Source: Jimgerdemannia flammicorona (lineage: Eukaryota). From it: a stretch of 47,800 bases of DNA. The position numbers and the translations under genes were made by a program. Of the stretch, positions 33,261 to 45,100 are shown one piece after another (within the stretch, counting starts at the first letter, position 1; every line of letters begins with the position of its first letter). The stretch spans positions 1-47,800 of the forward strand of contig RBNJ01000042.1 of NCBI GenBank assembly GCA_003990765.1, given 5' to 3'. Under the pieces are notes generated by a model. That model was not told where the DNA came from and ran no database searches. It saw nothing but the letters and a program-made list of their open reading frames with translations.

Positions 33261-36200
33261 GGTGATTTTGTGGGGGTGGGGTCCTTCGGGGTGTCCATGA
33301 GAGGGCATCAGTATTGACGTTGGTTCTTCCAGGGCAGTGAGTGATCATAGCATCATATGCTTGCAGCTTCATGATCCATCAGGCATAGATTCCTTTGGGC
33401 TCACTGGTAGTGAGCAACCAGATGAGTGCCGAATGATCTGTCTGGATGGTGAAGTGTCTGTCAGCCAGATAGTAGTGGAACTTCTCTACAGCCCAGATGA
33501 CTGTAAGACATTCCAACTTGTATGATTCATAGGACTGCTTGGCTCCTCGAGTACCTCAGCTGAGATAAGCTACCATGTATTCAGTACCATTCTTCTTTTG
33601 TGTGAGAACAGCTCCAAGTCCCATTGTACTGGCATCTGTCTGCAGAATAAACTCTTGAGTCTAGTCGGGTCTTCTCAGGATTGGGGCCTGGGTCAATTGG
33701 GTCTTGAGCTTGTCAAAGACTAGTTGCTGCTGCTGAGTCCACTGGAACTTGACCTCTTTTCTGAACAGATTATAGATAGGACTGGCGATGTGGGAGAACC
33801 TTCTGATAAATCTTCTATAGTAGAATGCAAGTCCCATAAAGGCTTGGGCTTCAGTGATACTGGTAGGTACTGGGTATACTGCTACTGCTTTGATCTTTGT
33901 AGGGTCTGTATGTATTCCTTCACAGTTGATGATGTGTCCAAGGTATGCAATTTCTTCTTCTCCAAACTTGCATTTCTTGGGCTTGATGTAGAGGCCATGT
34001 TTACGAAGCCTTCTGAGAATTTTCTCGATGTGTTCCAAGTGCTCCTTGGCAGTTTGACTGAAGATGATCATATCATCTACATATACCATCATCCATTTTT
34101 CCATAACATCCCTGAAGATGCTGTTCATCATTTGCTAGAAGCTTGCTGGTACATTGCACATTCCAAAGGGCATGCAAAGATAGACATAGGTTCCATCAGG
34201 AGTGATGAAGGCTGATCTTTTGCTGGCTTTAGATGTAAGACCAATTTGGTAGAATCCTGAGAACAGATCCAGGGTGGTGTAGAATCATGATTTATTCCCC
34301 AGCATGATAATATCACCAATGTTGGACAACGGTTGTCTGTCCTTCTCTGTGACCTCATTGAGTCTTCTATAATCTGTGCAGAGTCTTGGTGCAAACCCTC
34401 CTGGTCAGCTTTCTTTCTTTGGTACAAGGACAATGGGAGAGGACCAAGGGCTGCTAGCTTCTTCAATGATACTAGATTCCTCCATTTCCTTGATCTCTGT
34501 CTTGAGCCATTTCCTGTATGCTGGTGGAATGGGGCAGGCCTTCTGATAGATTGGCTTTGCATCTCCAGTATTGATATCATGATAATATAAGGGTTTCTTG
34601 GTCTTGATGTCCTTGAAATTTGTGGCCAGTACATCCTCGAATATATGCAAGAGGCTCTGCAATTCTTTTCTGAGGGGGAAGTTTCTTCTGATTGTGTAGG
34701 TGTATTTGTCTTGGCTTTCCTCCTTCTTGTGCTCCAATTTGGTGATCTTAGTTGCTGCAAGGACTCTTCTTCCTATAGAGCTGAATCTAGCTCTCTCTCG
34801 CTGAGTTTGTCTGATATTTGTAACCTCCTTGATTCTTGGATTAAGGACAGGTAGGATGAGCATTTGTGCCAGCCGATCCTTCTTCCTTACTTCAAATGGG
34901 ATTGTTGGGTTGTGGTTTCTGGCGAGGAGAAGGATTTCTCCAGTATAATCTGAATCAATGACTCCTCCTTCTATAGATATTTTGCTTTTCGCCAGGCTAC
35001 TCCTTGTCTTGAGGATTCCGACATGGTTTGGTGGGATGGTTACTTCAATTCCTGTTCCTAGAATGGTAGTGGTCTGTGGTTCGAGTATTGTGCATGTAGT
35101 AGTAGATAGGTCCATTCCAGCTGCATTCTCTGACTTGTACTGTGGTATGACTACATTAGGGTGAATTCTTCGTATCTTGACTGTGATGTCTTCTTCATCA
35201 TCGCTGTCATCCAATAGTTCTGGTGGTCCATCTTCTAGTTCCTCCTGGTTCTTCTTTAGCTTGTTGGTGATCTTCTTCACCTCAATGATACAAGAGTAGC
35301 AGCAATCCAAGTGCTGAGCACAGTACATTCTTTCACCATGGAGGCACCTTCCTAGTGGGGCATATCCATCTGCGATTCTTGTATAATATTCTTCCTCTGT
35401 CAATTGCTTGCCTTTTCCTTTCTTTGTAGTAACCATGTAGACTTCTTCTTCTTGGTCTTCCTCCATCTCGGGGCAGACTCCTTTGTAGACATTGATGGGA
35501 ATTCTGATCTTCTTTCCCTGATAGATGATCTGCATCTTCTGTGTACTGAGGTCAATTATTGCCTTGGCTTTATGAAGCCATTGATTGCTGATGAGGATAT
35601 CATAGTTGGTTGCATTGGTGATGATGACATCTACAGAGATAGTGGCCTCTCCAAACTTGATTGGTACATCTCGGATTTTTCCCAAGGGTGTTGCTCATGT
35701 CCCATCAGCTGTGACAAATAACAATTTGGTGGCTTCTTCTATCTCTCAACCTAGGCAGTCTACTGCTTTCTTAGTGATGAGACATCCTCCTGCTCCTGTA
35801 TCAATGATGGCTTCAAAGACCCGGTCCTCGATCTGGTAGGTAGCATAGGCTGATGTTTTCCAGTTATCTTTACTCTCTTCATCTGAATCTTCTTGTGCAT
35901 TGTTGGCTTTGATTATTCTGTAACCTTGATCTTTGCTGATGTCTGAGATTTCCATCCTCATTTGTTGTCTGAATATTGGGATTTCAGCCAGCTGGCCAAA
36001 GGTTGCATTGACCTTTTGGTCCTTGAGGTCCTTGAAGATATCATACTTGAAGGTCTTGCTCTTGTGCAATTTCTGCTCCTTCTTCCCTTCACTTGATGGG
36101 GTAGTATTTCGAATAATATCTTCTACTGCTTGCTTCAGTTCAGCATCTTGTTCTAGCTCTATATCTTGATCAGCTTTGCTCTGCTGGTTCTCTTTTTCGA

Positions 36201-37230
36201 TGACTGTTTCTGGTTGTCTTGTTTGTGTCTGGGCCTTCTTAGGAGGTCTGCCTGGAGATCTTTTGTAGGGACTGGATCAGATATCCTTCTTGCTTAAGGT
36301 GGCAGGATAAGCTTCCCATTCCTCCCTCTCTTCCTCAGATTCTCCAATCTCCTCAAAGGTGATAGTGTTTGCTTGTTCGCGGTTCCTGGTTGCATTGCTT
36401 GGATTGACCTTTCACTTGGTTTCTGTCATGCATTCAGAGGCATAGTGGCCTTCTTCTCCACAGTTATAGCATGTTATTGATTATCTTGCATTTGTAGCAG
36501 CAAACTTCTGTACTGGCTTCTTCTTGAACTCTTTGACTACATTGCTGAGGTATGCAGTCATTTCTGCAAACTGTTTGGCCAGTTCCTCCATTGGGTCGAC
36601 CCTTCTCTGGTCTTGTGGTTGCAGTTGTGTATTTTGGTTGACTATGGTAGCCAGGATTGTATTGGTGACTCTTGGTGCTTGTTTGATTTTTACTCCAGTT
36701 ATCCTTTCCATTGTATGGCCTTGAGGGTGTCTGGCAGTCCAGTATCTTTGGGCATAGGTAACCTTCTGTCCCAGGTTCAGTATTGTTGGGGTAGATCGAA
36801 TAGCTAAAGTGATTTCTTGGTGAATGTCTTTCATAAAGGTATTCTTGGCTACTTGGTCTTGAACTGCATCGGGGTAGTCAGCAAGGACTATTTGATGTCA
36901 GATTCTTGTATAAAATGTGTTTGGGTCTTCAGACATTCCTTGGCAGATAGTATTCAGTTGATCTTTAAGTGCCTGTTTGATTTTGTCCATATAGTAGGTT
37001 GCTCGGAGCCAGGTCTTAAAGGCCAGGATTCTTGCTGGATCATCAGCTCCTTGTACATTAGCTGCAGTAAACGTGGTTCTTGCTGGGCCTCAGAGGCTCA
37101 CAGGGAGTAGGGCTACTTGTTGTGCTGCCGATAAGGTTCTTACAGCAGCATACTGCTCGAAATCATCAATGAAGATAATGATTGATTCATCAGAGGTATA
37201 TCTATGGAATACAGGTGGTCTCATAACCAT
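33253..37230 (-). pseudogene. gag-pol: B2 ORF1: gag-PR-linker-dUTPase-RT-RNase H
   Basis: A 426-aa open stretch (34405-35685) joins the PR C-terminus, dUTPase and RT start in one frame. IIDTGAGG, YVDD, TDAS. Confidence 0.92.
34773..35187 (-). pseudogene. dut: B2 dUTPase domain, open frame within the decayed polyprotein
   Basis: AAGMDL, GTGI, RSSLA, GGVIDSDYTGEI, DRLAQ, RERARFSSIG. Confidence 0.93.
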
Positions 37231-37329
37231 TCTGTCTGATTGTGTTGTGTGGGTTCTGGTTGAGGTTGTTTATTGTTCAGCTTGAAAGTGAGGAATTCAT
37301 CTTGAATTACCAGCCAATGGGCATCAAGT

Positions 37330-37823
37330 TGTAATGTAGTGGATGCTAAGATGAGCAAGTACATCAGATTTCTTTATCTTGAATTCTTGTCTTCTTGACT
37401 CCCAGAGTCAGTAGTTTCTTGAGGCCAAATGTGTTTAAAGAGATAATCCCGAAGGTCCTTTTATCGGTATACTTGTTCTTTTTCTAACACTTTTGATCTG
37501 AGGTTTATTTACTCAAAGATACTGGGTTATTTATACAAGTTTGCTAGCTATGAGATGGCTACTGAGTTACGTAGCTAAGTTATAAGTCATTTAGACAATA
37601 TCTAGAAATTTAGATAATGTTGAAATGCTATACTAAATCAGGACATTCGATTTAGATAATGTCTAAGAATTTAGACAATGTCTAAGAATTTAGACAATGT
37701 CTAAGAATTTAGACAATGTCGAAATTCAGGACTGCTAACTATAAGGCTATACTACATTGGGACTGGGTGCGATCAAGTGTCTATTCCCTATTTTCTTCTT
37801 CCAAATTTGGCTGTACCATTACA
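37330..37823 (-). repeat. B2 5' LTR (494 bp)
   Basis: TG...CA termini; PBS adjacent at 37313-37326. Confidence 0.93.
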
Positions 37824-38149
37824 ATAGCAAGAAAGAGTTTGGAATAACCAACAAACCCCTCAGTCAAAAGTTTACCACTATGAAGGAAGATAATAAAAAC
37901 TAGTACAAGAGAATTGCAGATAGTTATACACTATGTGAATGATGCCCTTATTCTATTTGAATGTACTGCATAGAATATATTAGTAAATGCCATGCATGCC
38001 TCTCTAAAGTTTTCAAAATCCAACCTGAGAAATACCAAGCCCAACAGACTGAGGAATCCAAACAAGACCACTCCTCTTATAAAGAATGGAAAGAGACTGA
38101 CTTTGAGGAGACTGACAGCAATTGGAACAATGAGAATGAAGAGCTCAAT

Positions 38150-41100
38150 ACTATCAAAAAGGAGAACAGTTGTATCAAATTCACAGGCCAAGTTCACAGA
38201 CAGAATATCAATGTCTTACTTGATAGTAGTACTACTGGAAACTATATCAGCACCAAGACTGTCAAGAGGATTGGAGTCCAAAGCAGACCAGCTACTGAGA
38301 AAAAGAGTATTACTTTTGATAATGGCAAGACTGCACTATTGATCAAGATCTACAAAGACTTATTGCTCAGGATTAGTGATGTTGGGCTTCAGCATCATAG
38401 ATCTTTCAGGGCAAGATATTATCCTAGGAAAATCCTGGTTGACACAGTATAACCCAGATATCAACTGAAAGACCATGAGGTTAATCTGATCTATGAAGGC
38501 AGAAAGATCACTCTGTCACTCCAAGAAGGTACCAACTATCAAGAAATTGAAATCATCTCTGCCATTCAAATAAAGAGACTCTTCTATAAAAAAGGAAACA
38601 CCTATTTCATCTATACTATGCAAAAAGTCACTGAAACCCCAAGTAGCCCAATTCTACCAGAAGCTTAAGAACTGTTTGAGGAATTTCTAGATATATTATA
38701 GAAATCTAAAGGACTTCCACCTAAGCATCAATTTCAATGTGGAATTGATCTCATTCTAGAATCTGAACCTCTATATAAGAGTATCTACCAGCTGACCCAA
38801 CCTGAACTCAAGATCCTCAAATATAAGTTGATCAAACTATTGACTTAAGGATATATTGAACCCAGCTGCTCTCCATTTGGAGCCCCTATTCTATTTATCA
38901 AAAAGAAAGATAGCTCTCTACAAATATATATTAACTACTGAGCTCTCAACAAATTACCATTAAGAACCAGTATATCTTACCTAGGATTGATAAGTTATTA
39001 TACCAAATCTTCAAGACCAAGACCTTTTTTCTACTGAACTTGTGAAATAGTTACCACTAGATTCTCATTAATGAGAAGGACATTGAGAAGACAGTTTTCT
39101 GAATACAGTTTAGATACTACTAGTTCTAAGTTATGCCTTTTGGTTTGACCAATATACCAGTAACATTCCAGTATCTGATGAATGACATCTTTAGACCACT
39201 GCTCAACATTTGTGTCCTTATATATATTGATGATATACTAATTTACAATAAAACAGTAGAGTTATACTATACTCACCTCAGATAAGTACTAACCCTTCTA
39301 CAAGAACACTAGCTCTATACCAAGATGAGCAAGTATAAGTTCTATCAAGATGAGATTGAATATCTAGGGCATATCATCTCTGCTGAAGATATCAATATAG
39401 ACCTCCAAAAGATATCAGCCCTTAAAGACATTCTCATCCTCACTACTCTCAAGCTACTCCAGCACTTCTTGGATATTGTAGCCTCACTGATCAGTCTGGC
39501 CTGCAAAAAAGTGAACATCAAGACTAAATAGACCTCTGAGTATATCTAGACTATAGACTATCTCAAGAGACTCCTTATCAAGGCTCTAGTGTTCATTGTA
39601 CCTAACCCTACCAAGCTATTCACTCTGACTACAGATGCCTCTGATATTGCCATTGGGGTAGTACTTAGCCAAGAAGATCACTCAGTGGTCTATCTCTCTC
39701 AAAAGCTTAAGCCAGCTAAGATCCAGTATACTATCCATGAGAAGGAACTCCTGGCCATTGTCACTGCACTCTAAGAATAGAGTCATTTCCTCCTAGAACA
39801 ACTATTTATAGCCTATACTGATCACTATACTCTATGGTATATTCACATACAGCTCATGTTGATCTATAGACAAGCCTATTAAATAGAAATCATTGTCAAC
39901 TTTGATATGGAAATCAAGTATATACTAAGAAAAATCAACCATATGGCTGATGGTTTCTCCAGATATATAAAAGATGAATTTGTCTTCATAATTAAGATAA
40001 TTAGATATCTCACTCAAATGATTAAGAATGGCTATCAACAGAATAGCTCTCTGGTGAAATTCCTTCAATTCTACTAAGACCCAGAGGCTGAGATCTCAGA
40101 ATCCATAAGGCAAATATCCAAAAGATTCACTTACCATGATGGACTTATATATAGAGACTATAACAGAGTGGTTGTACTCAACAATAATACTCTGTAGCTC
40201 AAGATCATATAGCAACTCCATGACACTCCTACAGCAGAATACTTTGGTTTTGAGAAGACCTACAATCTCCTCTCAAGAGAGTTCTACTGGCCAAAAATGA
40301 CCAAGAATATTAAAGATTTTATAGCTCATATGAGATATACTAAAGATTCAAGAGTAGTAACAAGCTATCAATAGGACTTCTATAACTCCTACCTATCCTA
40401 AATAATAACTGGAATCAGATTACCATAGACTTCATTGTCCAGCTCTCTAAGACTAAGGCAGAATGAGATGCCATTATAGTATTTGTGGACTACCTAAGCA
40501 AACAAGCTCATTTTGTACCTACTAAGACTACTACTACAGTACTAGAGATTGCTGAGATCTTTCTCAACCAAGTATTCAGGTTGTATAGCATACTTAGCAC
40601 TATTATATCTGACTGAGATATGAATTTTACAAGTAACTTCTGGAAGGCATTCTTCTCTCTCTATAGAATCAAGCTGAAGTTCTCTACTATCTACTATCCT
40701 CAAACTGATGGTCAGATTAAGTGAACCAATAGGACCCTCAAGCAAATGCTCAGTATCTTCTGCTGTTATAAGCAAAATGATTGAGACAAGTACCTAGCCT
40801 ATATTGAGTTTGCCTATAATAATAGCCAGCAAATCTCAATAAAGAAGACTTCATTCTTTCTGATGATCAATACCTAAGGACTCTAAGCACTACTGCAAAA
40901 TCAGTAGTCCCAGTAGCCTAAGATCTGGCCAAGACTATTTATGACCTTATCTGAATGATAAGAGATGCTCTTATAGAAGTACAGAACTACTAGACCAAGT
41001 ATATAAACTTGAAGTGAAGGGCAGTCTCATATAACATTGGTGACATAGTCATGCTTAGAATAGACCACCTCTACCCAGATACTCTGGTACAGTAGCCAGC

Positions 41101-41500
41101 CAAGAAACTCTGTACTAGAAGAATTATACCATATAAGATTGTGGAAAAAGTCAGTAAAGTCAACTATAAGTTACAACTCTCTTACAATATCTAAGTACAT
41201 CTAGTATTCTATATCAGCCAATTGGTAGACTACTATGAAAACTTATTCTCTGAGCATATAGTTCTACCATCACTCTCAATTAGGATCAATGATCATGAGA
41301 AATTCAAAATTAAGAAAGTATTTGACCACAAGGTCTACAAATATGCTAAAACAGTCAAGTGGTTTTTCCTTATCAAGTAAAAGAGTTATCCCACCTATGA
41401 TGCCACCTGAGAAAAAGAAGAAGTACTAGAGAATGTATATAAAGCCCTCTGGAATTATATGGAAATACTTACCCTATAGCAAAGGAAGGAACTATAGCTC
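38150..41500 (+). pseudogene. pol: A2 pol: PR, RT, RH, IN, chromodomain
   Basis: VLLDSST, YIDD, TTDASDIAIGVVLSQ, EKELLAIV, decayed integrase and chromodomain matching A1. Confidence 0.87.
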
Positions 41501-42183
41501 TAAAATCTAGAGCATATAGCAAATAAAGAAGATACTATATATTTATCTGAGATATACAATTCTGAACATTATAAGAAAAGGAATAATATAATTAATCAAC
41601 AAGAGGATACTCAGATAAAGAACAATCTAGCAAGGTATAGTAAAACACATTTGAATAACTCTGTTCATACCATTTATATCATCTCTATTAGAGAGTGATA
41701 AATACTTTATATGGAACTCAAGAAAGCCAACAATGTCAGAACCAATCTCAAGTCCATCTATATGACAGATATTGTTATTAGAAATTGTCTCAGATTATAA
41801 AAAATACTATTTCTGAGAGGTTTGAACCCCCAGCCATAATAATAAGAGCCCTCACCCTAGATAAGAATGACCAGTCCTCACAAATATACTGATAAAGAAA
41901 AAAAAAAAAAAAAACCAAGATCTGTCAACCCTGTATAACTATAACTGCAATGAGATAATATCTTTGAAATCAGTATTTTCTCATATAACTAGCACATACC
42001 CCACTTACAGCAACAGGTTACATCAGATAGATGAATAAGTATAAATATCTAGGGTAGAAATACACCACAACCCCCATCTCCCTCTCCTCTTTCCAAAGAA
42101 AAGATAAGATAAGAATACTTGCTACCTGCTACCAAACAGTCTGCTATAGTCAGCCTCTCCTAAACCAAGTTGACCATCTCTTT

Positions 42184-45100
42184 GAGGATTTATTGGAAGT
42201 ACTGGAAGAGCTGAAGCAGTGGACAAAGGCTTAGAAGGCTTTTGTGGAGTCGACACACTTGGAGGTGATAGATGGGAAGCAGATTCAAGTGGACAAGGGG
42301 CAGTAGGAAAGAGCTCAGAGATATAAGAGATAAAAGGAGCTGCTGGCTAAGCTGGAGGATAGACCACAGAAGGATGTGAGTGGAATGGTGGAAGCAGGGG
42401 GTGCCAAAGCAAGTGTCTGGACCAGTGAGAGTGGCGGGAGTATAGAGAAGGGGATGGGAGAGGACAGAGAGGTAACTGGCAATAACCCATATACAGATGG
42501 TATGTTTGAGGTCTGGGAGGAGGCTGGAGAGGACTTGCCTATCCCTACTTCTCTTATTAGGTGAGGTCCAGCTCCCTGAAGTAGAGTGGTAGAGGATATA
42601 CCTATACAGGGGGCCCAGTGAGTACAATTTGGAGTTCCAGAGGTGGCAAATGGGGAACAAGTGGTGGCAGTTGGGGAGAAGGAACTGGTGGATGTCCCAG
42701 AGGTATGGGATGAGTCTGCAAGTGTTGGGGCTGACACCATAATGCTGGATGGAGAGAGGCCAGTGATTTCTGGAGAGAAGGAGGTGGGGAATCTACTTTG
42801 GATATATAGAATGATGAATAACCTGGTGGCTGAAGAGTTGGGAGAGGTGGACCTGAGAGTAATAAGTGATGAGCATTGGGTGCGGATCCTGCAGAGGGAT
42901 AGCATAGTGATAGTATTGAAGGTGGAAATCCTTGTAATATATCTGGAGGAGGAAGGATATGAGATGGATAAGGAGCAGAAGGTGGAGCTGGTAGATGTCA
43001 CTGGTGAGAGGGCTGAATACTGCTGGACCAAGCATCATGGATTGTAGCTCTGGCAGGAGGCCTGCCTGGAGTATAGAGAGGAGTTTGAGGAGAATGTGGA
43101 TGGGGAGATGAATGAGCTGTTGGCTGGATTGGAGGCTCAGAGGGCTGAAGAGGAAGAGGTAATTGTGGAATATAATCTAGACATGGTACAGGAAGAGATG
43201 AATATAGAGCAGTAGGAATGGACTTGATAACATAAAGTATTTCATTATAAATAGTATAACCAATATTTTTTCTTTGAATATGAATGGGTTGTGGGGTACT
43301 TCTCAACATAGGAATATTTTTACTTAGCTGAAGAGATTGGAGGCCAATCTCTTCCTCTTGCAGGATGTCAGGTGTGAGGATAATTTGGATAGACTAGAAT
43401 AGATGAAGGAATGGAGAGATGAGGCAGTTTGGAAGGGCAAGGTTGGGATTCTGGTCTGAAAAGACAAAGGAGAGATATGGGATATGAGGAGCTGGGGGGA
43501 TAGATTGGTCTGGGGAGAGTAAATATGTAGGTTGGGAGCTGGTCACAGTGGGCTCCTGTTACTGCCCTACTGTATGGGGTGAGCATGTGGATTGGGTGAA
43601 GGATCTTCAGAAGAGTGGGGTCCTTGCAGAGGCTGGGGTAGATATGCTTGGTGGAGACTTCAATATGGTCTAGGATGTACTGATGGATAGAACAGATGGT
43701 GGACAGAGAGCCAAGAGTAAGTGTGGAGGGCTGGTGGTATGAGAGAAAGTGGAAAGGCTAAGTGCTCTGGTAGATGCTAGTAGGGAGTATTGGGGGGACA
43801 GGAGGGTATACATATATTGGGCAGAGGGCCTGGGGTTGAGGATTGATTGAATTTTGATGACTAGCTACTGGGGCTTGGATGTTTGGAAGTCACTGGAGGT
43901 GGAATGGTGTCTATGGTCAGACTGTTAGGATAGGGGCATTTTGGGGGGAGTGGGAATGAGTCTGGACATTGGTACCTCAATTCCTCTTTATTAGATGATA
44001 GAATCCAGTAAGATGGATAGGCTAAAGATATTTAACTGAGGGTGGAGAGCTGGAGGCAGAAAGGTGCCCTGGTTGGTATTTAGTGGATGAGGATAAAAGA
44101 GATGGCCAGGGTCTACTGGAGTGAGACTGGCAAAGAGGCTGGGAAGCAGAGGAGGCAACAGATGCAATGGGCTTCTGTTAGACTGACTAGACTCTTAGAG
44201 GATTGGGCAGGGCTAGTGATATTGAAGGGGGGAGAGGATGGGAGATTAATAAGGGCAAAAATAGAGGTTGGAGAATTATAACAGGTGTTGTGAGAAGAGG
44301 AAGAGGCAAGGGTACAGAGCTTGGTAGCACAGCTTCATTGGCAGGGTTTGGAGAAATGGAAGAGACCCTCAAAGTATCTCATGAGGGCCCTTCAGGTGAG
44401 AAGGGTATAGCAAAGGTGGGAGGGGATACTTGACTCTGATAGTATAATAGTGTATAGTATACAAGACATTCTTAGATTATTAAAGGAGCAATGAAGTGGA
44501 TTATGGAGTAAAGAGAAGGGTGGGGCTAACACTGCTGCTATTGACCAGATATTGGAGGATTGGTACCCACTACAAGTAGATAGGCTGGGTGACTTGGTGT
44601 TGCCAGTACAAGAGGAGGAGATCCACCAGGTTCTTGCTGCAACAATATCAGGTACAGTATCTGAGGAGGATGGTCTGCCCTAGGACTTTTGGCAAAAGAT
44701 AGTGAGAGTCCCAGAAGTACTGAGTGAGATGATAGCATTGTGTGATTTTATACTACAGACAGGGAGATGAGTGGGGGAGCAAGATCTGGGGCTGGTGATA
44801 TTGCTTTATAAGAACAAAGGAAGGCAAGAGGACTGGAAGAACTAATGGCCAATTATGCTGCTAGATATGGACAGAAAGTTGGTGACTAAGGTGGTAGTTG
44901 TGAGGCTATATAAGGTGGCCCAACAAGTCTTGGGTGTTGAGCAGAGGGGCTTTGTAGGAGACTGGCTCATTTGAGATGGTATAGCCTGAGTACATAGAGT
45001 TATTGAAGGGGTGAGAGCTTGTAAACTAGATGGGTGACCAGTCTTCTTGGACCAGGAGAAGGCTTATGACTGAGTATAGTGGGTCTGGCTGGCAAAAGTA

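Larger units (their letters stand above)
31104..37823 (-). mobile_element. Complete Ty3/gypsy element, family B, copy B2 (6.7 kb)
   Basis: LTRs at 31104-31578 and 37330-37823. Exact TSD ATAG (31100-31103, 37824-37827). Empty site in A1 at ~15503-15506. Confidence 0.96.
30715..37853 (+). pseudogene. dut: A2 dUTPase, split by B2 (30715-31103 and 37828-37853)
   Basis: TKAHLTDIGYNL, GGVVDQGFTGEI, GQRIIQ. B2 sits in motif 5 (TD|.KKEFG). Confidence 0.82.
28330..42180 (+). mobile_element. Ty3/gypsy chromovirus family A, copy A2 (partial 5' LTR to 28628), interrupted by a LINE stub and B2; heavily decayed
   Basis: Colinear with A1. PBS at 28632-28649, gag, dUTPase, PR, YIDD ~39223, TDASD, integrase, chromodomain ~41290-41450. 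Assignment of 42050-42180 to this element is tentative. Confidence 0.88.

Noticed and set aside
34773-35187. Host DUT1 gene
   Set aside because: In frame with retroelement PR and RT and between LTRs.
5351-42050. A1/A2 as one recent segmental inverted duplication or an assembly artefact
   Set aside because: The copies are well diverged, have different LTR subtype segments and share no nested insertion.
41920-42180. 3' LTR of A2
   Set aside because: It has a TATA-like motif and follows an A tract, but I could not align it to the A 5' LTR (20595-21360). Left unassigned.
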